Below, piece by piece: positions 1-14,100 of a stretch of 64,000 bases of DNA (its first letter is position 1; each line of letters starts with the position of its first letter). Both the position numbers and the translations under genes were made by a program. The notes beneath the pieces were generated by a model that did no database searches, had not been told where the DNA came from, and saw nothing but the letters and a program-made list of their open reading frames with translations. This stretch comes from Lytechinus pictus (lineage: Eukaryota): the NCBI RefSeq assembly GCF_037042905.1, contig NC_087249.1, positions 3,410,001-3,474,000 of the forward strand. Reading direction: 5' to 3'.

Positions 1-371
1 GTCCAATTACCAACTCTACTACTGTCATTTGGTCTACTACCAGTTTGTCCACTATCCATATTGTTTAATTGCCATTTTGTCCTTTCACCATTTCGTCTAA
101 TAACCAGAGTGTCCATTAGCCATTCAGTCCATGTACCATTTGGTCTAATTGGAGCCTGTGTTATTTGGGCAAAATGAATGAAAATAAAATGGGTACTAGA
201 CCAACTGGTTATGAGATGAAATGGCTATAGATGAACTGGTGATCAGGCAAAGTGGTGATTGCACCAAATGGTTGTTAGACGGAATGTTGATGGACGGAAT
301 GGGATGAGACTAAATGAAGGTATACCATGTGATGAGAAGACGAGTTGGCAGTAGACAAATTGACATTTACC
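1..371. mobile_element. Palindromic MITE-like repeat (left end cut by the window edge)
   Basis: Left half has reiterated GTCTA/GTCCA motifs; right half has the complementary TAGAC/TGGAC motifs, ending GAGTTGGCAGTAGACAAATTGACATTTACC. Confidence 0.55.
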
Positions 372-1131
372 TCTCATAATCTGTGGGTTTGATTCCCAGC
401 CATTCAATCTTCTAAAGCATTATGGTCTGGTGGTACTCACTCTTATCTCACAATCAGTGGGTCATTGGTTAGATTCCCAGCCATTCAATCCTCTGAAACA
501 CTATGGTCTGGTGATGCTCACTATAGCTTCACAAGCAGTGGGTCATGGGTTAGATTCTCATCCATTCAACCCTCTGAAGCATTATGGTCTGGTGGTACTC
601 ACTCTTGTCTCACAATCAGTGGGTCATGGGTTAGATTCCCAGCCATTCAACCCTCTGAAGCATTATGGTCTGGTGGTACTCACTCTTATCTCACAATCAG
701 TGGGTCATTGGTTAGATTCCCAGCCATTCAATCCTCTGAAACACTATGGTCTGGTGATGCTCACTATAGCTTCACAAGCAGTGGGTCATGGGTTAGATTC
801 TCATCCATTCAACCCTCTGAAGCATTATGGTCTGGTGGTACTCACTCTTGTCTCACAATCAGTGGGTCATTGGTTAGATTCCCAGCCATTCTTTCTTGTG
901 AAGCATTATGGTCTAGTGGTACTCACTCTTGTCTCACAATCAGTGGGTCATGGGTTAGATTCCAAGCCATTCAGTCCTCTGAAGCATTATGGTCTGGTGA
1001 TGCTCACTATAGCTTCACAATCAGTTGGTCATTGGTTAGATTCCCAGCCATTCAACCCTCTGAAACACTGTGGTCTGGTGATACTCTTGTCTCACAATGA
1101 ATGGGCCATTGATTAGATTCCCAGCCATTCA
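372..1131 (+). repeat. 81-bp minisatellite (~9 units) derived from a tRNA-type SINE head
   Basis: 27-codon periodicity in the overlapping ORFs. Unit TGGTCTGGTGGTACTCACTCTTGTCTCACAATCAGTGGGTCATGGGTTAGATTCCCAGCCAT aligns to the SINE 5' end at ~4485-4545. Confidence 0.85.
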
Positions 1132-1152
1132 TTTCTCAGCAGGTTTCATTGG

Positions 1153-1395
1153 AATAATAATATAGAGTATTTCTAAAGCGCCAAATCCACATTGATTATG
1201 TGCTCAAGGCGCTACGAAAAGGAAATAAGAGAAAAATTACATGGAGCAGGAAGGGACAAGGATAAAAGAAGCACAGTCATGAAAATGAAAGGAAACTACT
1301 GGAAGGCAATTAAAAAAAAATTGGTTTTTAGAGCAATTTTGAAATTATAGATATTTGAAATACTACAAATGGAATATGGCAACTGATTCCACAAT
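1153..1395 (-). mobile_element. 5'-truncated CR1/L2-type LINE 3' end
   Basis: - strand encodes WNQLPYSICSISNIYNFKIALKT (typical ORF2 C-terminus), then a 3' stem-loop AGCGCCTTGAG...TTTGGCGCT and a (TAT)n tail. Confidence 0.6.
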
Positions 1396-2132
1396 CATTA
1401 TTGTCTGGTTATTCCGATGCTTTGCTTTTAATATCTAGAACGGTTTTGAATTCCAACCAATTCATTCCTCTCCAAATTTCCTTGGAATCATTATGGTCTG
1501 GTGGTATTGACTCTTTCCTTTCAATCAGAGGGTTGTGGGTTCATTCCTGTGCCATAGGAACAAACATGTGTAGTGCCTTTGACATTCTGTATTATGGGTA
1601 AAAGTCCCCTAAATCTCTAAAATGTTGAAGTTGTTATTGTCTTTAATAATATTTCCTTTACTTTTTCTAGATGTATTGCCTGTTATTTACATTTATTCAT
1701 AAAAATACCTGGACATTTTCTCCAGCGTTGGTTTCTCTTTTGGAAGATATGCAAATAAATGTAAACATAAAACCTAATCATGAAACTAACAGTAATCATG
1801 CATGAGTATGCTTCGTACGAACATTGCTCTGAATTGAACTTGGCATCGTTGTGTGTTCTTGAAAGTGAGATAGATGAAAGTTGGAGACTGATTCAGAAGT
1901 CTAGAATGTAAGCCATTCCCCTTTTTTTCAGATTATGGCTTTTAAGGTCAATCCTTAGGTCTAAATATGATTGATGCACTTTTGTTACAACTTCATTGCA
2001 GCCATTACTTTAAGGCTTAGTCTTCCAAGTAATTAGGATAGGAACAGTGTTGTTTGGAGTGAATATCTATGAATATGAAAATGCTTTTATCTCCCTTTTG
2101 TAATATAATTTTTTCTTAAATTGGAATCCCAG

Positions 2133-5100
2133 ATTCCTTCTTCCAGATGTGTCGTCAGTGCTCTCCCCTCTGCCAGTCATGTGAAGCGAACGAGAACAGT
2201 TGCACATCCTGCATCGATGGAGCAGTTCTTCGTGGCTCACAATGTATCACACGATGCATGGATAGCGAGTACATGGAGAATGAGCGTTGCCTCCCCTGTG
2301 ATTCATCATGCTTCTCTTGTAATGGTGGTACAGATACAGACTGTACATCCTGCTTTGATGATTATGTCCACATGGATATGAGATGTGTAGAGCCTCACCA
2401 GTGTGGGGTTGGATACTACATTGTCAACAGCTATGATGTTGCATCTAGGCAGTGCTTAAGGTATCTTGGATTTTCCTACCACAAATATTTTCAACTTTAG
2501 AGGGCGAAGTTTCCCACTTTTAGAGTTGACGAGGGCACCCCAGTTCCCATTCTAATTGAGTTGGGTTATATCATTAGAAGTCACAGAAAAATTAAGTTTC
2601 ATGCAAAAAAGGTGCAAACAGCACTTTCTGATGTTTGCATTTTTCAAAATAGTTCATGAACTTGGACAATATTGGAATTTACATGTAAATACATGTAAGT
2701 ATTGGATTTTGCATACATGTAAATATTTGAATTTACATCATATAAATATTGTAATTTAGTTGCATAGCTGATCATTTCCATAATAATAGCCAATTTTTAT
2801 AAAGCGCTTTTCCCAGAATGGCTCAAAGCGCGTTACAGCATATCATTACCCCGGTCATTGGACATTTCAATCCCGCACGAAAAGTGCACAATTTCCACTC
2901 CCTGGGGAGCATTCCTTGCATTCATCTCAGCCTCCATGAAAGTTAAATGTGATATGTTTAAATCATCTTCAAACCCTCCGTATATGCAGAGGTATACTAG
3001 GTATAAATGTCAATCCAAGTATAATGATCAAAACATTCCTTTCTGATCGTGCTTCACACTTTCATTCTTTGTTTTAGTGTAAAATGCATCATGTTCATGA
3101 TTGTAAACAATGTTTAAAATATATTTATCTTATATGAGAAAAATTACAGCTTGTGCTTTACACTCACATTATTTATTCAGTGAGATATGGATCCTGTTAA
3201 TGATTACAGAAAGTGCTTTAAGCATCCTATTGTCGGGTCTGAATGTGGACAATTGATATACATACATGTATGTCTCCATGTATAAGGTACTTCAAACGTG
3301 TTAGTAGTCAGTATGAAAATATGATAACATTGATTGATTTTATAGCTAATCCTGCTATATGTTTATTGATTCTTTGAAGATGTCATTCAACATGTAAAGA
3401 TTGCCAGGGTCCATCATTTACAGACTGTGTGGATTGCCATCAGGGATTCTTCTTGGTCGGAGGGGCTTGCCTGCAAACATGTGAAAATGGTAAGAAAAAC
3501 CATTTTGAGATCAGATTCCAACATCTTAGCTACATGTATCTGCTATTAAGCCTCTTCAGTTATTTACTCATGCACACGCAATAGCAGACTGAGACTGATT
3601 TACATAGAATTAAAAAGAATATTTTGTTTTGATGTTTTCTTGCCTTTCAAACTTAGACATGAGGGTAAACAAGTATTTTCAAGTTAAGGCTTCTTAACCA
3701 TAAAAAGACAGGGGGGGGGCTGATTCAGCCCCCTCAACATTTTTAACCTGTTGGAGACTAAATGATTTTGTTGTAACATGTGCTCAGTCTCAAGCAGGTT
3801 ACAATCGTTCAGTGCTGAAGGAGTATAGTCCTACCTGGATGCATTAGCCAGTATATGCCAATATATTGTATGTGTGGCCTGCTGTATTCTTCTTTTTATC
3901 CAATTTTTCTGATATCACACATTCCATTCTTGATAAACAAAATTGCTTTACATGAATAATCAAAAATTCAAATTCCTCAAACAAGAATCTCTTAAGTTGT
4001 AAGCAAAAGACAATCTCGATATCAGGAAGCAGAATTAAGAAAAGGACTTGCCACATCTAACATACGTCAGTATACACTGGCTATTTTGATGCCTAAGAAG
4101 ACCGTGCTACTAGTATTATTCCACTGGTTATCATATTTCAATGTATGTTGATCAATTTTGATTAATTTCAATGATCATATTACGTTATGAATATATAGAT
4201 TTGTATTACAAATGTATATTTCATTTTTTTTTCTGTTCTGAAGGTAAATATCTGGCCCCGGATAATAACTGTAAGTCATGCAGCGAAGGATGTGTTCTGT
4301 GCTCAGACGATAGGACTTGTATACAGTGTGCTAAATCAAAGTAAGTGTTTTCACCCTTTTAAGATTAAATCCCAGGCCCCCCCACTCTTTAGGCAGTCAA
4401 TTATACTCATGAGGAATGTTTGTTCCAGACTCTTAAGAGATATTCCCTTTAAGGTGAGGAAAGGGTTACCTTGTTGAGTGTTTTAGTCTGTTGGTTCTGA
4501 CTCTCGCCTTTGAAACAGGGGGTCGTGAGTTCAAATGCCAGCCATAGCCTGATATTTTTCAGCAAGAATTTAATCCACAATGTTTCTGCACTCAACTGAG
4601 GTGAGGTGATTGCATGGATACTGCATAGGATTAATTCCTTGAATGCGCCTCTAGCGGCTGGAGCCAAAGCTGGGGTAATATGAACTGTGCTATTGAAAAG
4701 GCAACTAGATAATTAGCACCTCATAAATGATATTTATTATTACCCTTTTAAGCAAGTGTTGGTACTGCACAATCGGAAAATAGCATTAAAAACAGACATG
4801 CTGAAGTTTTTCAACATGCACTCATTGGAGTTAAATCGCATGAATGAACAGAATGCTAGAATAAAACAATATATAGTAGAACAAAAAATGACAAAAGGTG
4901 CTAAACTACAAGCTGTGACTGGTTGTCAATGTAAACAAATTACCTTTTTGACCCCTTATGACTGACATTTAGAAAGGTAGCCTGCGAACTCTCTTAACTT
5001 TTATTACAGGAACATTTAGTTGTAAAGAAAGCTTGCAAAATTGCCCCATCTCCCCCCCCCCAAAAAAAAAAAAAAAGTCAGGATTGTTCAGGGAATTTTA

Positions 5101-8100
5101 TTAACAGCCTCTGAATAAAATTGTTTCTGATAAAAATGCTACAAGATCATGATTATTTCTGGATTTTTTTTTATATTCATTGATCAATGCTAAAGAATTG
5201 AGTGAAACCAATCAATATTTTTGGGGGGATAGTAGACATTTTATTTCAAGTATTGAAATAAAAATCATCTATTTCGGCCCTTTCAGAAATCTTGTGAAAT
5301 CAACAATGATTTACAAATATTAAGACAAATCTTTACGTTCAAGGGTCTGTAAGTATTACTACCCTTTTTGTGCCTGCCCGGACTACGACGACAAACAAAC
5401 GAAAGCTCGCACGTGTTCTCATACTGGGTAAATAATAGTCAAAACAGCTTTATTGAATCTAGTCTCTTCATTATGGTCAAAGCTGACTCTTTGGCTTGCT
5501 GATTCACTTTGTTCCTTAGATTCCCGTAAAAACTATAAACAAACAAACAAATGAACAAAATCCAACATAAGTATATCATCATATCAAAGCATGTTACAGT
5601 GCAACTGCATTATAACGAGGCACTTGGGACGAGAGAAGATACATTGTTATAGGTAAAGTCTGCCACATCAGTGCCTTTAATAATAAGGTTCCACTGTATT
5701 ATGAGTCTAAACATTATACTAAGGTGAATAACAATTAACTTCAATTTAAAGTAATTGGACTTAAATTATCATAATAGCAATACTGTCCAGTATTTAATAC
5801 ACTAAGTGTTGTGAAAATTAGAAATAAACTCTAAACTGATATCCTACAAATAAGGAATATTTGTAAATGTATTTAACTGTATACAATGGGTGTCGAAAAC
5901 AGCTTAAATAGACAATGTAATTGCAAAAATGTTATGTGAGCAATAAATGTAATGTCAACCATCTTATATCAAGTTTTGGCGTATTTGAGTGCTTATTTCC
6001 TCAGGACTGAGGTTTGAGTTTAATCTAGTTGAGTTATCATTACACAATAAATTCGATACTGATTAAGAGTTTCTGTATATTTCCATACAAACAAATATTC
6101 ATAATTATAGTACTACACAAAGACCTGCACACTATGCGTACAATGCATCAATCTGATACACGAGCTATTGAAGTTCTACAGTAGGATAACACTGATTGCT
6201 GTATGCATACTGAGCGAGTTCTCTTGAAATTAAACCTAAAAGTTCTATTTATGCTTACCACTGTGCCACTTGTTACCAAAGTCTCAGGCAGGCATAAATA
6301 ATATGCCGATTAACGATGCAATTCCTTTTCCATCGCCATAACGTGCCCCAGTTTTGGGCCAAAAATTACAATCTTCGCAGACGATAAAATTATGGAATGC
6401 CAAATAGACAATTACAACCGCACGGTGTATGAAGTGCCTTTACACTCCCACCAAATTTGCCTTCACTGGTAACATAATCACATGCATGAGTACACTTACA
6501 TATATATGAAAATGCATTTACTAGTATTACATAAGTGGTGCATGTGAAATAATGTGACCATAATATGGAAATTTTTAAGCAAGCACTCCATACACCTCTT
6601 GCATGTAAATTGGTACACTTGCAATCTACAACACGAATAACATGGCAATTGAATAGCTTGATCAAACCAGAATGGCATAAGTGATGATGCGGAACTCAAA
6701 CAATGCACGTTTATAACATGTGCTGTAAAAGATTATAACACACACTGCAAAGGTTGTAAGGCAAGCTTAAAGGTTGCGACAATATTTAAGCGCTGTGTAT
6801 CTAAAATTCGCAGCAAACAAGATCAGAATTTGAGTCCTAAATTTTTAAACTGTACCAGAAAACGAAGCACATGTGCAAATGCAAGGTCAAACATTTGTAC
6901 CCGCTCCAAACAATCTCAAGTGTACATACATACCTGCTCTATGGAGGTACCTTTTCCAGAAGCAGTACGAGCTTCTGAACCGGCCTCCAGTATTCGGCAA
7001 GCTTCTTGTTTGGACGACCTTTGTTGTCAAGGTCTTTCGTTCCAACGCGCACCTGTACCCGCCTGACCAGACCATCTTCATCAGGAGTGGCTTCTGCGAC
7101 CATCGCAATTGGCCATTTCATACGCGGAGCTTCATCGTCAGTGAGCAATACAATGTCTCCCACTTGTAAATTCCGTCTGGGCATCGTCCATTTCTGTCGT
7201 CTTTGAAGTCCCAACAAGTACTCTTTCCGCCATCTTGACCAGAACTGTTCCAGTAAGAACTGAACCCTTCTCCAGGCTTTACGCGTGTACACATCCTCCT
7301 TCACAAATTGCCCAGGAGGGGGCAACGGAACCGTCCTCTTCAGAGTAAGGAGGTGGTTTGGCGTGAGAGGTGCATCCGCACTTGGGTCATTCATATTGGT
7401 CACTGTTAACGGTCGGCTATTGACGATTGCCATGGCTTCGTAAAACAAGGTACGAAGAGCGGAGTCTGTGAGTCTTCCTGGACACAGGTCTATGGTAGCC
7501 CTTAAGACACTTCTGACGGTTCGAATCTGTCTTTCCCACACGCCACCTGCGTGACTTGAGTGAGGGGCGTTGAAGACAAATTCACATTGCTGGTCTGCAA
7601 GGTACGTATTCACTTGGTCTGAAGTCATCTCTCTCAATGCAGATTGGAGCTCGTTTCTTGCTCCTACGAAGTTACTGCCTTGGTCGCACCTAATCTGTCT
7701 GACAGCTCCCCTAATTGCTATGAAACAGCGGAGAGCATTGATGAATGCGTCGGTAGTCATGTCGTCGAGCATCTCAATGTGGATACCTCTTGAACAGAGA
7801 CATGTGAATATAAGCCCATATCGCTTAATATCAGAACGACCTCTCCTTACAAAGAAAGGACCGAAACAATCCATACCCACATTCGTGAAAGGAGCCGAAG
7901 GTTCTACTCGATCTCTTGGCAAGTTTGCCATTTTCTGCTCTTCTTGAGGCCTACGAAGACGTCTGCATGACACACACTTTCGCAATACCTCTGCAACGAC
8001 TTTAGATCCGTTTACAATCCAGAATCCATTGGCTCTCAGGTGATTCTGCGTCATTCCTCGACCCTGATGTTTGATGTCCTCATGGAAGTGGCGGATAATC

Positions 8101-11100
8101 GCCCGAGTGATAGGGCTACGCTTGGGCAGGATAACAGGGTGAGCCACTTCTGTCGATAGTTCGCCAAGTCTGCCCTTCACTCGCGTGATCCCATCAAGGA
8201 TTATTGGGTCAAGGTCATGGATGGTACTTGTCGTTTTAACGGTCTTGTCCGACGTCAGAGCCTTGATTTCTTCAGGGTAAGCTTCCTGTTGAACTAACCG
8301 CAGAACGAACAGCTCTGCGTCCTTTCTCTCACGAACTAAGGAACCTTGTCTTGCTCCCTTCACTACCATCCGTAGACGAGCCAATACCTTGATCATCATC
8401 TTCCAACTAGAGATCCTGGTAAGGCGCGAGAGGAGGTTCAACGGTTCCGAATGAGTAGTTGTCGATAGGTTGGTTGCTCTCACTTCCGGATCCCCAACGG
8501 CGAGTGTCGGAGAGATACTTCCTACTGCAAAGTCTTTCTCCCAGAGGAAGCTTGGTCCTTGGAACCAATTTGTGCTACCCAGCTGACTTACGCTCAATCC
8601 TCTGGAAGCATGGTCAGCAGGGTTCTGATCAGTCGAGACATAATGCCATTGGTCGGGAGAAGTCCTATCTCTAATTAGCTGGACTCGATTAGCAACAAAC
8701 GTGTGGAACCTCCGCGCATCATTGTGGATGTATCCCAGGACTACTTGGGAATCTGTCCAGAAGAAATCTTCGGCATCATGATACTCTAGCTCTTCTTTCA
8801 ACATAGAGTGCACCTTAGCTGACACAACTGCCGCTGTCAACTCTAACCTGGGAATTGTAACCACCTTGGTTGGCGCAACCCTTGATTTGCCGAAGATCAG
8901 ACAACAGTGAACTTCTCCTTTCTGGTTAACAAGACGCAAATAAGAGCATTGGCCATAACCAGACTTGCTGGCATCCGAGAAATGGTGTAGCTGCACTGTT
9001 ACAGGATCACCAAACTCAGCAGGATGATAACACCGAGGTATTCTTAGCTCCTCTAGCTGCGGGATTTCCTTACACCATTGCTCCCACCTTGATTGCAGGT
9101 TCTCGGATACTGGATCATCCCACCCAAGCCCGCTACGACACATTTCTTGAAGGATTCTCTTGCCATCGAGAACGACCGGAGCCACAAATCCGAGAGGGTC
9201 ATAAAGGGATGCGACTATGGACAGAATTCCCCGCCGTGTCATTGGTTTCTCTTTCAGGGAAATTCTGAAACAAAAGGCATCCGTGGCCACATTCCAAACT
9301 ATCCCCAGAGCACGCTCTACTTGATCCTCAAAATCCAAGTTCGAGTCAGTGACATCACTGGCACGCTCAGACTTTGGCAGACTCTCCAGAACTGCCTTAG
9401 AATTCGAAACAAACTTGTGGAGACGTAAGCCACCCTTGCTGCAAAGTTGTCTGGCTTCATTGGCCAACTGAATGGCTTCCTCTTCACTGGATACACTCAC
9501 CAGCCCATCATCCACATAGAAGCTGCGCTCGACGAAACGAGATGCCAATGGAAATTCATTGCTGCAATGTCTAGCCAGATACTTTAAGCCATAATTGGCG
9601 CAACCTGGCGAAGAAGCGGCACCAAAAAGATGGACGTTCATGCGATAATCCACTGGCTCCTTGTTGATGTCGTTATCTTGGAACCACAGGAAGCGCAGGA
9701 GGTCTCGGTCATCCTCAGCGACCCTAAACTGAAAGAACATCTTCTCAACATCACATAGCACTGCTACATTGTGCTTCCTGAACCGACAAAGGACTCCCAC
9801 CAATGAGTTTATCATGTCCGGTCCCTTGAGCAGATGATCGTTAAGGCAGGTGCCGCCGTACTTCGCGGAACAATCAAACACTATTCTCATCTTCTTCTTC
9901 ATTGGATGGTACACACCATGATGTGGTATGTAATTTGTTTCTCCAGGCGGCGCCTTGGTCTCTACTTGTTCTGCAAAGCCACCATTAATGATATCTGTCA
10001 TGAAGCTTGTATAGTTGTCTCTATATGCTTCGTCCTTCTTAAGCTTTCGATGGAGGTGTTCGAATCGAACGGTTGCCAACCTTTTATTGCTTGGAAGGTT
10101 TGGCCGGGTCTTGAAGGGCAGCGGCATCTGCAAATGACCATCCTCGCATTGTACAATGTTGGTCTCAAGGTGTTTCAAGAATTGTAGGTCATTCTGAGAG
10201 CATGCTTTGTCCGGCGATTTGTCCTCTGCGAAATCTGCCTCAAGCAACCCTATGATCTCCTTTGGCTTCGGAAATGGTATCTCGCGAGTAGAAACCCTCC
10301 CACACTGGCTACTGAAGTCCATGGCATTCTCTTCTTCGGCAAAGCCAACAATACTCCAGCCGAGGTCAGTTCGAACAGCAAATGGTTCTACATCGCTACC
10401 AGTAACTACTTGTCTTGGTGTCAGAGCTCTTGGGCAATTATAGCCTATCAGTAGGCCGACTTCGCATCTCTGAAGTGCTGGCATTTCTCTTGCAACATCT
10501 TGGAGATGAGTCCACTTTTCAGCAGTACTTCTGCTTGGGATGTGTTCTCTATCAGTCGGTATGAAGTCACGCGTATAGCATTTTCCTATCTTGAGCTGGG
10601 AGGGCGACATCATACCTCTAACTAAGATACTTGAGGTCACGCTGCAATCAATGTTCGATGACGAAGTCATAGTAGATAACTTTAAGCGTATGGGTTGCTG
10701 CTTAGCATTCAGGGCTTGCGCTACTTCATCTAGAATGAACGATGAATCACTCTGGGTATCCAGGAGGGCGTAAGTCAGAATCTCTGACGATGGTGCTTGT
10801 TCTGCCGCGACCCACACTGGTACAATCATCGAAGTGCTAGCTTGTTTTCCAGAACGGACTTGGCAAGACGTAGCCCTGTCCTTAGAAGCTCCTTCACTCT
10901 TGTGCGCATTGTCCTCTCTTATCGTAGGGTTTTCCTCATGAAGAGCCGTGGGATGGCGCTTACCACATGTACTACACTTCAGCCTTTGTTTACATGCCTT
11001 AGAAAAATGCCCCTTCTGTAAGCAACCAAAGCATACATGATTTTCTTGAACAAACTTCCTGCGTTCAGAAAGTGGCTTGGCCAAAAACTTGTCACAGTCC

Positions 11101-14100
11101 TCGGACTTGTGTCCAGTTTCACTACACAGGCAGCAAGGTTTTGGAGCCTTCTTGACTTGGTTTGGGATGTTCTTGCCTTTGGCACTTTCCTTGGTGTTGA
11201 CAGCCAAAGCAGATCCTTTATTTCTTGCTTCTCGCTTGATCTTGAAGGTCTTGGGACTTGATTCTCTTTGAGAGTCCTCAGATTTCAGGGCACCTAGAGA
11301 AGAAATGGGATTGTTGGCTATCCTTGCCTCCTTAGCAACAAATTTCACAAACTTAGAAAATGAAGGATAGCTGCCGCCTTCCAACTCATTTGATACCACC
11401 CTATTCCAGCTACTAATCAGCCAGTCTGGAAGTTTGGCTATCATCTTTTGATTCTCATAGCAGTCGTTTAGCACCTGGAGGCCAGTGACATATGGCATAG
11501 CATCATCACAAGACTTTAAGTAGTCCGCAAACTTCTGAAGACCTATGGCATCTTTGGAGGCTATCTTCGGCCAAGCACTTAGCTTCTTCCGGAACGCTTG
11601 TTGGATATTAAAAGGATGACCATACCTCTGTCGAAGGCACCTCCATGCCCCATCATATGCCTCTTTGGAGTCCCCGAAAAAGAAACCTTCCACGGCCTCC
11701 CTTGCCGGACCAGTCAGGTACTGCTTCAGATAATACAGCATCTCTGTTGGTGGTATGCCACGGTTTTCGATCAAAGTCTTGAAACCTTTGTCGAACTCTA
11801 CAAACTCGAGCGGATCCCCACTAAAGGTGCGTGGCACTGGCATCGGAAGTCTTGTGTGGTACATGTTGTCTGCTAAAGCCTTACATAAGCCCTGGACGTC
11901 AACCGACGTTGTCTGAGGCGGCTGTAGTGGTGTCTTGTCACGAGGTTCCACATGCGAATCAGGTAGACTATCATGTAGCTGGCCTACTCTAAACTCTGGG
12001 CCCATCTCATCTTGAAAGGAAGGAGATGACGTCTTGGCAGGAAATTCTGCTGACTGCCCTTGAATACCTTCAGGTGGTTGGTTTACTCCAACTCCTGGGT
12101 ACATTTTGTCTTGAGGAAGAAGTGATGGTGTGTTACGAGATTCTACAGGCTGTCCAGGATTGCTATCAATGTCAATTACTGGTGTGGCTCCACGCAGTTG
12201 GCTGGTTTCAACCCCTTGGTCCATTTCGCTTAAAATTGAGCTGAAGACCGATGAAGCATATTCTTGTTTCAAGAATTCTTTCGCTATCTGCTTCCGATCC
12301 TCGGCGTCAAAAGGACCTTCTAGGGATCCCAGAACTTCTTCCAAGGCGTTGAGGCTATCTCTGACCATTGCGTTGGCACGGTCCATCCTTGTGGTGGCCT
12401 CTCTTATGGGGACCTTGTGTCTCCTCAAAATCTCGTAGGTTTCCATCAATTCCCTCTCTCCAGCTTCCAGTATGGATATCTGTTGTTTGATGGGACCTTC
12501 TTCTGTCTCTGTCTTAATGATTGTTCTAGCTGCCTTTACTGTGGCCTTAAGGGAGCCATACATCTTGAAAAACTTCCGCTCTGTCTTTGATTCTTCAGAG
12601 GCCTGAAGAGCGGCCATTTTTTCCGTGGGCTGCCTCTCCCTTGATGACTTTCTTGAATCTGCCATGTTTAATTGGCTTTGACACAACAGAAGTGTAATAA
12701 GGAGCTGGCCTCTTATGCTAAACCATGCACTTGCACCTTGTACAGCAAATTGACCAAATTAAATTGTCATGCAACTAGAGTGAAATCAAACATCAATTTA
12801 AGCAAAGCTACAGCGCTAAGCCTACCAACCTCATCAATGTAAAACCGCTTAAAATGCTTCTTGCTAATGCAATTACAAATACTCCATAGTAATTTGATTT
12901 TACATCTCCCAATAAAGCCTTTACGCACGCCTCAAAATTCGCTTATCAAAAGGGCTTGAATGCAGACCACGCGATCATGCGATAAAGTTCAACATCGCCA
13001 CATATTCCTTCCTTGCTTGACTCTGAACTGCGATGTCAATATCACTTTGTAATGAAATTACACCTTTAACTTTCTTGTCACTTGAGCACAAAACTAATGC
13101 TGGCTACCTGCAAACAAAACATGCAGTATTTGCAGAATCATATTGGAAACACTTTTCAATAGACTACTATACATGAAATAGTTATTAAAATTCAACTTTT
13201 ACTTGACCTCTGTTAATTTGTTATCAAGAGTCTTGAAGTTTCACAGAGCCTATTATAGCTCTGGTTCTAACTACTTTTATTTCATCAAGTTCAGATCCAA
13301 TGTTTCATTTATAAATTCAATGTTGTTGGCTTGATTTATGCTTCAAGTTCAAACCTGGCTGGACCTGGACTGTACAAGACTAAACCACGCTGGCTCCCGG
13401 GCTGTATGGCTTGACCGGGCCGATTCCCGGGCTGTTGTTCAAGCTGGACTTCAGCTGGATTAGGCTAGTTCATAAATTATGCTAGGGCTGCTACGAGAGG
13501 CTGACACAGAATAGTCTTGAACTTGGGCTTGGCTGATCCGCTAACATGGGCTTTAGTCCTGTTACATTATGGCTGCATGCCAACTGCTGGTGCAAATTAT
13601 GGTAAAGCCACGTATTTTATAACAGTGTATAATAACGATTGTGGCCGATTCCAGCTTAGCGTCCATAATACACCTCAATAATAAATCGATGACACTGCTG
13701 CATTGCAACCATAATTCATTGTAACTGTAACATTAGTGTAGATCAAACTGCATAGCGTCCATACACAGCTCTACATACCTCGAACTATTGAGACATATGA
13801 GAAATGACTGGATCACAACATCGTTTCACAATCCAAATCAAAATCCATCAACATCCACTCAGATTCTGAGATTCATGCGTTATGGTGCAATTCTAGCTGA
13901 TCTCTAGCATATATCCTGTGCTCGTCGCCAAACGTAGTTACATATGTATGTTCGTAGGTTCATCCAGCTGAAATGTCATGTTGAACTCAACTCAAATGTC
14001 TAGCGTCTATTTATTGGCTCCATCTTGATAATCAGGCTTGTTGATGATGATGAGGCCATTTTGACGCTACGTTGGAAGTGTTTTTACTGTGCCTGCCCGG

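Noticed and set aside
430-1116. 228-aa and 211-aa repetitive ORFs
   Set aside because: By-product of an 81-bp (multiple of 3) intronic minisatellite open in two frames; no splice or protein-family support.
372-1131. CRISPR array or tRNA gene cluster
   Set aside because: Units are contiguous with no unique spacers, there are no cas genes, and the context is eukaryotic. The tRNA likeness is limited to decayed A/B boxes without a proper cloverleaf.
1671-1730. Possible extra convertase exon (acceptor TTTTTCTAG| then CIACY)
   Set aside because: The rest does not fit the furin-like Cys spacing and there is no convincing donor.
6445-6938. Possible env or extra gene in the BEL element (also the 12666-14087 leader)
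   Set aside because: Only short ORFs with no signal peptide or TM pattern; the leader has just a ~19-codon uORF.
6830-12438. Many short + strand ORFs overlapping the retrotransposon
   Set aside because: Antisense shadows of the gag-pol ORF with no recognisable motifs.
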